DNA of 10,579 bases from an archaeon. Its GTDB lineage: Archaea > Iainarchaeota > Iainarchaeia > Iainarchaeales > Iainarchaeaceae. Below the pieces are notes generated by a model. That model saw only the letters and a list, made by a program, of their open reading frames with translations. It searched no databases and had not been told where the DNA came from. The position numbers and the translations under genes were made by a program. Location of the stretch: contig DATDXA010000056.1 of assembly GCA_035289485.1 (NCBI GenBank), positions 1 to 10,579 of the forward strand, written 5' to 3'. Shown piece by piece: positions 1 through 6,742 of this stretch. Position 1 is the first letter of the stretch. Every line of letters begins with the position of its first letter.

Positions 1-1224
1 GCTCGCAGATGCGGAAACAACCACAGTATATTTCGGGTTCTGCGCATCGCCAGTGGAAACTTGTGTGACTGCTCCGTTGCTCACAGTTGCGTTGTAGTGC
101 GCAGGAGGGGTTGTTCCTTCATCGGTCACATTCACCTTGCCGTTGCCGATAATCCCTAGCTGATAAAGTGTTGACCTCAAATCCTTCGTATTCTCATTTC
201 CTGCGCATTCAACAAACATCGCGCGGAACTGTTCTCCGATTACTGTTCCGCAATCAGCATTCACATTGCACTGCGGGCACTCTTGGCATGTGTCATATGT
301 GCTCTCGCATGCGGCGGCGACCTGCGGAGGCCCGTTGCAGTAATATGGCGCCTTGCTCCCGTGGATGCTGTTAGAAACAACTTTTGCGCTTGGGTAAAAT
401 GCCGAGCAAACGCTCACTGAAGTTGCGGTGTAGCCAACGCATGTCTTGCCGAGGCTTTCGCACACTTTTGTCCCTGTGTTATTCGCAGCATCAGAGCGCA
501 CAAGGTAATAAGTTTTGCCGTTTATTGTCTTTGACTGCGGCGGGGTTGCATTCGAATTTCCTGAATTATTGCCCGTGTTGCCCTGTGCTCCCGCGTTTCC
601 AGTTCCGGTATTTCCCGCGCCGGTTTGCGCGCTTGTTCTCATGTACACTCCGCCCTGTGTTGTAATCTCGGTGCTTGGAATGCCAACGCATGTTGCAAGC
701 TGCGCTGCGGTTGTTGAATAGCACGCCGCATTGCCAATACAATTCGTTGCCTGCCACTTGTTGCATCCGGGGCTTGCCGTATCCGGAACGCACTGCTGGT
801 ATGCATAGCCGCTTGCGCAGCTGATTTGATTCAATTCACAGTCATTGTATGGGCAAGAAGCTGCGCCAGTATTTATCCCAGCGCCAATACCTGCATTCGC
901 CCCTGCCGAAACCACCGTGGGGCCTGAAACAAAATATGTGCTGTTGCTGCAGCGGATTGAATTCGCCGAGCCGTTGTAATTTGAAAGCTGGCATGTAATT
1001 GAGCCTGTAGTTCCAGGCGCATTATTTATGCACGAAACCGGTTTTGCAGGGTTATTCGCAACCGGCCCTGGCCCCGCAAGATAGCAAAAAGAATCCGCAG
1101 CGCCAACGGCGTTGCAATTTACCTGCCCCTGGTTTTTGAAAGTGCACTGGTAATCCGCAGCGCTTGCAAACGCGGCGATAAATACTAGAAAAATTGCAAT
1201 TGAAATGAACCTAAACGAAACCAT
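1..1224 (-). CDS. Secreted/cell-surface cysteine-rich multidomain protein (3' end runs off the window; >408 aa)
   Basis: Manual translation from ATG at 1224 is open to position 1: MVSFRFISIAIFLVFIAAFASA|ADYQCTFKNQ...; basic-hydrophobic N-terminus ending in A-S-A (signal peptide); 24 Cys in three clusters; G/N/T/A-rich linkers; 7 N-x-S/T sequons. Not in the ORF track because it has no stop codon in the window. Confidence 0.9.
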   Translation of the reverse strand, partial: MVSFRFISIAIFLVFIAAFASAADYQCTFKNQGQVNCNAVGAADSFCYLAGPGPVANNPAKPVSCINNAPGTTGSITCQLSNYNGSANSIRCSNSTYFVSGPTVVSAGANAGIGAGINTGAASCPYNDCELNQISCASGYAYQQCVPDTASPGCNKWQATNCIGNAACYSTTAAQLATCVGIPSTEITTQGGVYMRTSAQTGAGNTGTGNAGAQGNTGNNSGNSNATPPQSKTINGKTYYLVRSDAANNTGTKVCESLGKTCVGYTATSVSVCSAFYPSAKVVSNSIHGSKAPYYCNGPPQVAAACESTYDTCQECPQCNVNADCGTVIGEQFRAMFVECAGNENTKDLRSTLYQLGIIGNGKVNVTDEGTTPPAHYNATVSNGAVTQVSTGDAQNPKYTVVVSASAS

Positions 1225-1247
1225 GCATTCCTTTGCTGTCTTTTTCC

Positions 1248-1253
1248 TTAAAA
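1248..1253 (-). promoter_or_regulatory. Putative archaeal TATA box for the Cys-rich protein gene
   Basis: TTTTAA on the minus strand, 23 nt upstream of ATG 1224; overlaps one arm of a 9-bp inverted repeat (tttttcctt 1241-1249 / aaggaaaaa 1271-1279). Confidence 0.4.
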
Positions 1254-1351
1254 GGCTATCGAAAGTTAACAAGGAAAAAACCTTTTTAACCACCTTGGAG
1301 CGGTTTTGTATAAAATCAGTTTTCATAATTCAAAACGGGGGTTTTGTAAAA

Positions 1352-1780
1352 ATGGCAATGGAAGTACAGGCAGTAAATATTGTTGCGTTGGTTGTTTCAG
1401 CGATAGCAAGCATGGGGCTTGGAATGCTCTGGTATGGGCCGCTCTTTGGCAGGCAATGGATGGCGCTATCCGGCATTAAGGAGCCAACAAAAGAGGAAAA
1501 AGACAAGATGATGGGCAAGATGATGCCGATGATGGCTGCGGGATTCGTGGCTTCACTCATTGCGGCGTATGTGCTTGCGGTATTCATCCAGTTTTCAGGC
1601 GCAGTAGGCGCATTTGAGGGCGCATTAACAGGGTTCTGGGTTTGGCTTGGGTTCATTGCAACCGTGAGCCTGAATACAGTGCTCTGGGAAGGCAAGCCGA
1701 TAAAGCTCTACCTTCTCAATAACGGCCACGAGCTCGTGCATTTCGCACTAATCGGAATCATTATTGCTTCAATGGCTTAA
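1352..1780 (+). CDS. DUF1761 family membrane protein (142 aa)
   Basis: Signature 'LGMLWYGPLFGRQW', 'GALTGFWVWLGF', 'LWEGKPIKLYLLNNG'; about 4 hydrophobic segments. ATG 1352 (or 1358) after a GGGGG stretch is preferred over 1205, which would overlap the divergent gene. Confidence 0.85.
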   Translation: MAMEVQAVNIVALVVSAIASMGLGMLWYGPLFGRQWMALSGIKEPTKEEKDKMMGKMMPMMAAGFVASLIAAYVLAVFIQFSGAVGAFEGALTGFWVWLGFIATVSLNTVLWEGKPIKLYLLNNGHELVHFALIGIIIASMA

Positions 1781-1810
1781 GCAATTTCAAAAAAGCAAAA
1801 TTTCAAATTG

Positions 1811-1837
1811 GGGGCTTTTGCCCCGTTTCATTTTTTT
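1811..1837 (+). terminator. Hairpin plus T-tract between convergent genes
   Basis: GGGGC-TTTT-GCCCC (1811-1824) followed by gtttcattttttt; A-runs on the other side (T-runs on the minus strand) could terminate the opposite transcript. Confidence 0.45.
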
Positions 1838-2642
1838 AGCCGATTTTTTTTCTTAACTCATTATACACTCTTTCGAAAGTGCCGGCATCTCCCCAAATTC
1901 GGCATATTGCATTCACTCTTTTAAAATCCAGATTTTGCATCTCAGCTAATTTTTCTGTAGGTGCTTTTTTTGATGTGAACGCCTCTGTCGAATCTATAAT
2001 TCTTGCCATTCCGGAGTAGACAATGATATTATCCCCGTGCAGATGCCCATGGACCATCCCTGCATTGTGGAGTTTTGCAAGCTGTGTGGCGAGACTTGTC
2101 TCAATTTTTATTTTTTGTGCTGTGTTTGCATGAAGCAATGCCTCGAACAAATGGGCGCCTTTTTTGGGAACTGAAATCAAGTAATCGTTCCCTTCAGCAG
2201 TCATAAGCAGGCCTACTGGGGATTCTGTTTTTACTCCGGCCCTGAGCATATCAAATAGATTTTTAACCGACTCTGTGCCGGTATACCCTGTTGCCGTAGG
2301 GTTGGTTCGCGTACCTACTTTTTTGAGAAAGTAAAATTTATTGCCAGGCGTCTCAAAGAGATATGCATTCCCGATACGAAATTTAATGTCCCATGTTTGT
2401 GGTTTTTGTATCGGCTTTCTTAGCCACATGCTCACAGGTGTTTCTTTTTTTTCAGCGTTGCTGGCATCTGGAACAGGGAATTTACCAATGCCGCGCAGAT
2501 TTACACGCCTGAAACCTCTAGTTCTGAGCCAGACAAGATTTCCCGCATCGCGGGTTTTCTGCCTTAATAAATTCCGCGCATCTATTCGGAACAATTCTAA
2601 TCTTTCCGCTATTTTCTTCATGAAATAAATACTCTTAGCCAA
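1836..2642 (-). CDS. Protein-kinase-like fold protein (Kdo/WaaP-Bud32-RIO-like) with non-canonical catalytic loop
   Basis: 'YFLKK' (beta3 Lys), 'TESVKNL' (alphaC Glu), 'AGVKTESPVG', 'LAKLHNAGMVHGHLHGDNII', 'RIIDS'. Start is TTG 2642 or ATG 2621; 15 nt downstream of ychF on the same strand. Confidence 0.75.
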   Translation of the reverse strand: MAKSIYFMKKIAERLELFRIDARNLLRQKTRDAGNLVWLRTRGFRRVNLRGIGKFPVPDASNAEKKETPVSMWLRKPIQKPQTWDIKFRIGNAYLFETPGNKFYFLKKVGTRTNPTATGYTGTESVKNLFDMLRAGVKTESPVGLLMTAEGNDYLISVPKKGAHLFEALLHANTAQKIKIETSLATQLAKLHNAGMVHGHLHGDNIIVYSGMARIIDSTEAFTSKKAPTEKLAEMQNLDFKRVNAICRIWGDAGTFERVYNELRKKIG

Positions 2643-2657
2643 AAGTTAAACTTTTGC

Positions 2658-3851
2658 TCACGCGCTGTGCACTATTTCAACAACATCGCGGCTCTGCAGC
2701 TCATGCTCTTTTCCAATCAGCTGGCGTGTTTTCACATTAATCGCCTTGATGAATTTGTCGCCAAAATCGGTGTGCAGCCTGTATGCAAAATCAAGCGCGG
2801 TTGAGTGAGGCGGCAAAAGGAAGCAATCAGGCATCGTTCTTCCCTGTGCATCAGTAAGCCCCTTTGTCCCGCCAGGAAAAATCGCAATGTAGCCAAGCAG
2901 CTTGAACACCGCGGTTTCCAAAACTTCCTGAACCCCTGTTCCCTTGAATTTTTCAAGTACATTCTTGCGGATATAATCAAGCCCCTGCTTTTGCTTTTCA
3001 TTCAGTTCTTTGAGCACTTTAAAATCATCATTTCCCTGGATGTATTCAAGCGAGCCGTCCTTTGCCGCGCGCTTGAGTGTTAGCTCGGCAATTCCGCTGC
3101 ATGGGATTATTATTTTTGAGGGAAATTTTTTCTTAAGCGCCTCAAGGTTCTGCGCCGCATTCGGGTAATCCGCCTTGTTCGCGGCAATCACTACTGGTTT
3201 TGATTTCTCGCGGAACTTGCGGGCGAAAGATTTTTTCTCATCCTCGCTCCACATCATGGGTTTCTTGTCTGTAAGATTTAATTCAAGCAGCACCGAATCT
3301 ATGTGCGCTTCCGTTGCTCCGATTCCTGAGAGGTTCTGCGCCATTGCAGTGACAAGCTTTGCCTTTGATTCGAAAGGTGTTCCTGCAAATTTTCTCCAGT
3401 TCTTATCAATTATTCCCAAAAACCACAAATCAATTTCCTCCTCTAAAAATTCAACATCCCTTGCAGGGTCGTGGCTTCCAAGCGCCACCGCATCCCCCTT
3501 TTCATTCGTGCTCCCGGAAATATCAATTACATGTATCAAAACATCCGCGCGAGAGAGGTCCGATAGGAACTGGTTTCCCATTCCTTTTCCCTCATGCGCT
3601 CCGGGGACAAGCCCTGCAACGTCCACAAGTTCAACTGGCACAAAGCGCACATGCTCATGGCAAAACCCTGTGCGCGGGTTGCACTGAACATTAAAGTCCT
3701 TATCAGCGCACTCAATTCGCACAAAGCCAACCGCTTTGTTCGCCTCAATTGTCGTGAAAGGGTATGCTGCCATCGGCACATCCTGCATTGTTGCGGCATT
3801 AAAGAATGTGCTTTTTCCGGACGATGGCTTTCCTACAACTCCTATAATCAT
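2658..3851 (-). CDS. ychF: Translation-associated Obg-family GTPase/ATPase, archaeal YchF/Ygr210-like, with C-terminal TGS domain
   Basis: G1 GKPSSGKST, G2 YPFTTI, G3 DVAG in 'DVAGLVPGAHEGKGMGNQFL', G4 NKAD; TGS 'STALDFAYRLHTDFG'; 397 aa. Confidence 0.95.
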   Translation of the reverse strand: MIIGVVGKPSSGKSTFFNAATMQDVPMAAYPFTTIEANKAVGFVRIECADKDFNVQCNPRTGFCHEHVRFVPVELVDVAGLVPGAHEGKGMGNQFLSDLSRADVLIHVIDISGSTNEKGDAVALGSHDPARDVEFLEEEIDLWFLGIIDKNWRKFAGTPFESKAKLVTAMAQNLSGIGATEAHIDSVLLELNLTDKKPMMWSEDEKKSFARKFREKSKPVVIAANKADYPNAAQNLEALKKKFPSKIIIPCSGIAELTLKRAAKDGSLEYIQGNDDFKVLKELNEKQKQGLDYIRKNVLEKFKGTGVQEVLETAVFKLLGYIAIFPGGTKGLTDAQGRTMPDCFLLPPHSTALDFAYRLHTDFGDKFIKAINVKTRQLIGKEHELQSRDVVEIVHSA

Positions 3852-3917
3852 GCACGAATTTGGATTTGGAAAGGGTTAAATAATATGGGCGTGCCTTAGG
3901 CTGGCGTGTTTTCGATG

Positions 3918-4397
3918 TTATTGTAAAACTAACTGGGCTATTGACACCGCGCTGAGTAATAAGCTTCCAATAAAGAGGCATATAACTGCCCGGTTATACA
4001 ATAGCCCCATTTCCTTCTGGCGCGCTTCTATGTCTTTTTCAAGAGTGTTGAATTGCTTGAGAATTTTGCCATAATCAATCTTTTCCTTAGAGTTAAGTAT
4101 TCCATATTCATTTCTCGGTACTTCCATCGGCTTAAATGCAAGCACTATTATGAGCAGCAATGATGCGCATGAGAGAAAAAGCATGGATATTGCCGCTGGC
4201 AGAAGTATCAAGTAATTATTTCCTGCTTTTGCAACCAAATCCTTTGCAATGAGTGGGAATGCGAATCCAAGTATTCCAAGATTCAGTGCAAGAAGGTTGA
4301 AGCAGTTGCGTTTCATTTCCCGAAGCCTTCGCATCCGGAAAAAATAAAGTTTTTGGGAGAATCTGAAAGCTTCAATCCGGTCTTCATTTATTTCCAT
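3918..4397 (-). CDS. Hypothetical 3-TM membrane protein (159 aa)
   Basis: ATG-started ORF with two N-terminal hydrophobic helices, a charged loop and a C-terminal hydrophobic helix; TATA-like TTTTTAT about 23 nt upstream. Confidence 0.7.
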   Translation of the reverse strand: MEINEDRIEAFRFSQKLYFFRMRRLREMKRNCFNLLALNLGILGFAFPLIAKDLVAKAGNNYLILLPAAISMLFLSCASLLLIIVLAFKPMEVPRNEYGILNSKEKIDYGKILKQFNTLEKDIEARQKEMGLLYNRAVICLFIGSLLLSAVSIAQLVLQ

Positions 4398-4481
4398 ATT
4401 ACATCCGTTTATGCACGTTCATAAAAATAGTTCTGCCGCGGCTTGGCGAGGTTTTTATTCCAAATGCATCAACTAATTTGC

Positions 4482-4685
4482 ATGGGTATATTAGGTAATT
4501 TGATTGGCAAAAAAGATGATGCTGCAAAAGCAGAGCCATCAGCACCAGAAACCGAATCAGAAGGCAAGTACTCAGAATCCTGCTCCGTGTGCGGGGGCGG
4601 CGGAACCGACAAGAAATGGGCGGGGAAGTACTGGCATCGCAAATGTTTGAGATCAGCCAAGAAGATGGCTAAAGGGATGTTCTAA
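4482..4685 (+). CDS. Small zinc-finger protein (C-x2-C-x14-H-x2-C; 67 aa)
   Basis: MGILGNLIGKK...SCSVCGGGGTDKKWAGKYWHRKCLRSAKKMAKGMF; ATG 4482 preferred, with TTTTTAT about 23 nt upstream. Confidence 0.75.
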   Translation: MGILGNLIGKKDDAAKAEPSAPETESEGKYSESCSVCGGGGTDKKWAGKYWHRKCLRSAKKMAKGMF

Positions 4686-4711
4686 TTTCTCATGTTTTCC
4701 AATCCGATTTT

Positions 4712-5074
4712 TCAAAGAAAAATATTCGCCGCCAGAAGCGAAACTATCCCTGTAATTGTGCTTATCACGACAAGGTGCGGGCGCAGCCTTTGTGAATTCT
4801 CCGCCATTGTAAGGAAAGCGATTTTTGAAATGTAGTAAATGAGCAGTATCTGCGCGCCAAAAAAACCAATCCCGCTAAGCGAGCCAAAATCCCCCCAAAG
4901 CCAGAGCGCAAAGGTCATGAATATCATTCCTTGAATGAATTTTTTCCCACTGAAAAGTATGTGCACAAGCGCGGAGAGCGCAAAAACCCAGAACAGGTTT
5001 GAAAGCCCAAAATTTAGCAGCCAGCCTACATTGAAGCTGAGAACTTCGGAGATGAATGTGAAAAATGTGCTCAT
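4712..5074 (-). CDS. Hypothetical multi-pass membrane protein (120 aa)
   Basis: Phe/Leu/Ile/Trp-rich with about 4 hydrophobic segments; ATG 5074 preceded by GAAGGGG (SD-like), 10 nt after the stop of the upstream small ORF. Confidence 0.75.
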   Translation of the reverse strand: MSTFFTFISEVLSFNVGWLLNFGLSNLFWVFALSALVHILFSGKKFIQGMIFMTFALWLWGDFGSLSGIGFFGAQILLIYYISKIAFLTMAENSQRLRPHLVVISTITGIVSLLAANIFL

Positions 5075-5084
5075 GTTTTCCCCT

Positions 5085-5261
5085 TCAGAACCTGTTATAG
5101 GTAGTCTCCATGAATGCAAGGAGAAAAGTTACGGTTGCCCCAATCGGGGTTAGGATTGAATCCCGTATTATGTCAAGCCCGAGCCCTCCGAGGGCAAGCG
5201 TTCCAAAGTAGAACGCGAGCGAAATTATTGCCGCGTCAAGTGCATTTTTTACAAATCCCAT
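5085..5261 (-). CDS. Small 2-TM membrane protein (58 aa), missed by the ORF track
   Basis: MGFVKNALDAAIISLAFYFGTLALGGLGLDIIRDSILTPIGATVTFLLAFMETTYNRF*; fills the gap, has AT-rich TATA-like sequence upstream and an operon-like junction with 4712..5074. Confidence 0.7.
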   Translation of the reverse strand: MGFVKNALDAAIISLAFYFGTLALGGLGLDIIRDSILTPIGATVTFLLAFMETTYNRF

Positions 5262-5266
5262 ATCCT

Positions 5267-5278
5267 ATATGCGCATAT
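5267..5278. promoter_or_regulatory. 12-bp perfect palindrome in the divergent promoter region (candidate operator)
   Basis: ATATGCGCATAT, 5 nt upstream of ATG 5261, in the 94-bp gap shared with the Lrp-family gene. Confidence 0.35.
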
Positions 5279-5355
5279 TAGATATATAGAATTTAAGCCT
5301 GTTTTTTGACCGTTTTGTGGTAAATATTATATATTATTGCATATATTGGTTAATT

Positions 5356-6336
5356 ATGGGTAAAATTTTACTTGATGCCATTGACAGGAAGATACTCTCT
5401 GAACTTGACAAGAATTCAAGGATTCCGGCCTCTATTCTTGCCAAAAAGGTGAAAAAATCCAGGGAATCGGTAAAATACCGCATCCAGCAGCTGCAATCAA
5501 AGGGCGTAATCCAGAAATTCATCACTTCCATAGACCCAAATAAGCTTGGCAATTACATGTTCAAGATTTACCTAAAGCTTGAGAACATTCCAGACGAGCG
5601 TGAGAAGTTTTTTAATGAACTAAAGCGCAACAAGGACGTTTACTGGATGGGGATATCTGATGGCGCGTTCGACATTGTTTTTGCAATACTCTCAAAGAAC
5701 ATTCCTCAAGGATATGATAAGATTAATTTCCTTCTCTCGGGCTGGGAGCATATAATTGTTGCGCGCGTGCTTGGCACAATGGTTGACACAACCCAGTACC
5801 ATAAAAAATTCTTTCTCGAAGAAAAGGACAGCAGCCCCGTGGTCATTGCCGGCGCAGTTGTTGAGAATGAAGTGGATGAACTTGACATGAAAATACTTCG
5901 AATACTTGCAAATGATGCGCGAATTTCTCTAACCGAACTTGCGCGCAAGGTGAATTCAACAATTGAAGTTGTCAGGGGGCGGATAAAATCGCTCACAGAC
6001 AAGGGCATAATCCTAAGCTATAGGATTTCGGTGGATTTCAACCTTCTTGGGATGGAATTTTTCAAGGCCATAATTTATTTCAAATCGCTTTCGGAGAATG
6101 ATGAAAAGGCGCTTTATGAGTGGATGAGGGTGCACCCAAATTCCCTCTACTATATTAGAAGTATTGCCCCCTGGCAGGCTGAGTTTGAGTTTGCGGTTGA
6201 AAATTACCAGCACTTCAATTCGATAATAAATGATTTGAGAAAAGCTTTCCCGAAAGTAATTAGAAATTATGAGCATTTGATTATGATTTATGAGAACTGG
6301 ATGCCTGCATATTCTGAGATGCTGAAAGCAAAATGA
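5356..6336 (+). CDS. Tandem (double) Lrp/AsnC family transcriptional regulator (326 aa)
   Basis: Two AsnC-type HTHs: 'LDAIDRKILSELDKNSRIPASILAKKVKKSRESVKYRIQQLQSKGVI' and 'VDELDMKILRILANDARISLTELARKVNSTIEVVRGRIKSLTDKGII', each followed by a RAM-like segment; ATG 5356 with TTATATA (5327-5333) 22 nt upstream. Confidence 0.9.
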   Translation: MGKILLDAIDRKILSELDKNSRIPASILAKKVKKSRESVKYRIQQLQSKGVIQKFITSIDPNKLGNYMFKIYLKLENIPDEREKFFNELKRNKDVYWMGISDGAFDIVFAILSKNIPQGYDKINFLLSGWEHIIVARVLGTMVDTTQYHKKFFLEEKDSSPVVIAGAVVENEVDELDMKILRILANDARISLTELARKVNSTIEVVRGRIKSLTDKGIILSYRISVDFNLLGMEFFKAIIYFKSLSENDEKALYEWMRVHPNSLYYIRSIAPWQAEFEFAVENYQHFNSIINDLRKAFPKVIRNYEHLIMIYENWMPAYSEMLKAK

Positions 6337-6339
6337 ACT

Positions 6340-6681
6340 TCACGCGCGCCCGTAGGCATCCTCATACCTCTTGATGTCATTCTCATCAAAGTTCCCGAAT
6401 GAAATTTCAAGGAAGCGCGCGTTGCGCGAAGCTAGAATCCTGTGCCTTGCTTTTTTGGGAACCATTATCATCTCCCCCTTGCGCAGTTTTTTTCTCTTCG
6501 TTCCCACTACTGCGGTGAGCCCCTCATCTAATGCGACCCATAATTCTTTACGGTGCTTATGGGATTGAAGCGAAAGAATGCCGCCTCTTTTCACGGAAAT
6601 TATTTTCACGGTGGTTTTTTCGTTATGGGTGTATTCCTCGAATTTTCCCCACGGCTTTTTCACAATCTTTGGCCTTTTCAT
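6340..6681 (-). CDS. Cupin, stand-alone mannose-6-phosphate isomerase type II C-terminal-like domain
   Basis: 'KPWG', 'LSLQSHKHRKELW', 'ARHRI', 'LEISFG', 'ENDIKRYEDAYGR' match the PMI type II cupin motifs. Confidence 0.85.
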   Translation of the reverse strand: MKRPKIVKKPWGKFEEYTHNEKTTVKIISVKRGGILSLQSHKHRKELWVALDEGLTAVVGTKRKKLRKGEMIMVPKKARHRILASRNARFLEISFGNFDENDIKRYEDAYGRA

Positions 6682-6742
6682 TTGCTAGTTACTGGTCAGA
6701 AAATCTTTAAATACTGTTTTTCGCCAAATCTGATTGGTTTAC

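Noticed and set aside
168..793. Short track ORFs 168..374, 384..665, 515..721 (+) and 566..793 (-)
   Set aside because: Shadows or alternative frames of the long minus-strand Cys-rich gene (1..1224).
1205..1351. 49-aa N-terminal extension of the DUF1761 ORF
   Set aside because: Overlaps the divergent gene start and spans the AT-rich promoter region; the family-like sequence begins near ATG 1352.
1836..2642. Calling the kinase-like ORF Bud32 (KEOPS) or RIO
   Set aside because: It lacks the canonical HGDL and IDFG/IDF motifs, has a long unrelated N-terminus and no kae1/KEOPS neighbours, so no gene symbol was assigned.
2720..3913. 14-bp direct repeat GCTGGCGTGTTTTC at 2720-2733 and 3900-3913 around most of ychF
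   Set aside because: One copy lies in conserved coding sequence (KTRQ in the TGS domain); a single 14-mer match in 10.6 kb is plausible by chance and no recombinase is adjacent.
5105..5216. Cluster of short hairpins (e.g. GCCCT-CCG-AGGGC 5183-5195, GCGTTC-N7-GAACGC 5198-5216) suggesting a tRNA or ncRNA
   Set aside because: No cloverleaf, T-loop GTTCRA, SRP or RNase P motif found; the region is explained by the 58-aa minus-strand ORF. An Infernal/Rfam scan would settle it.
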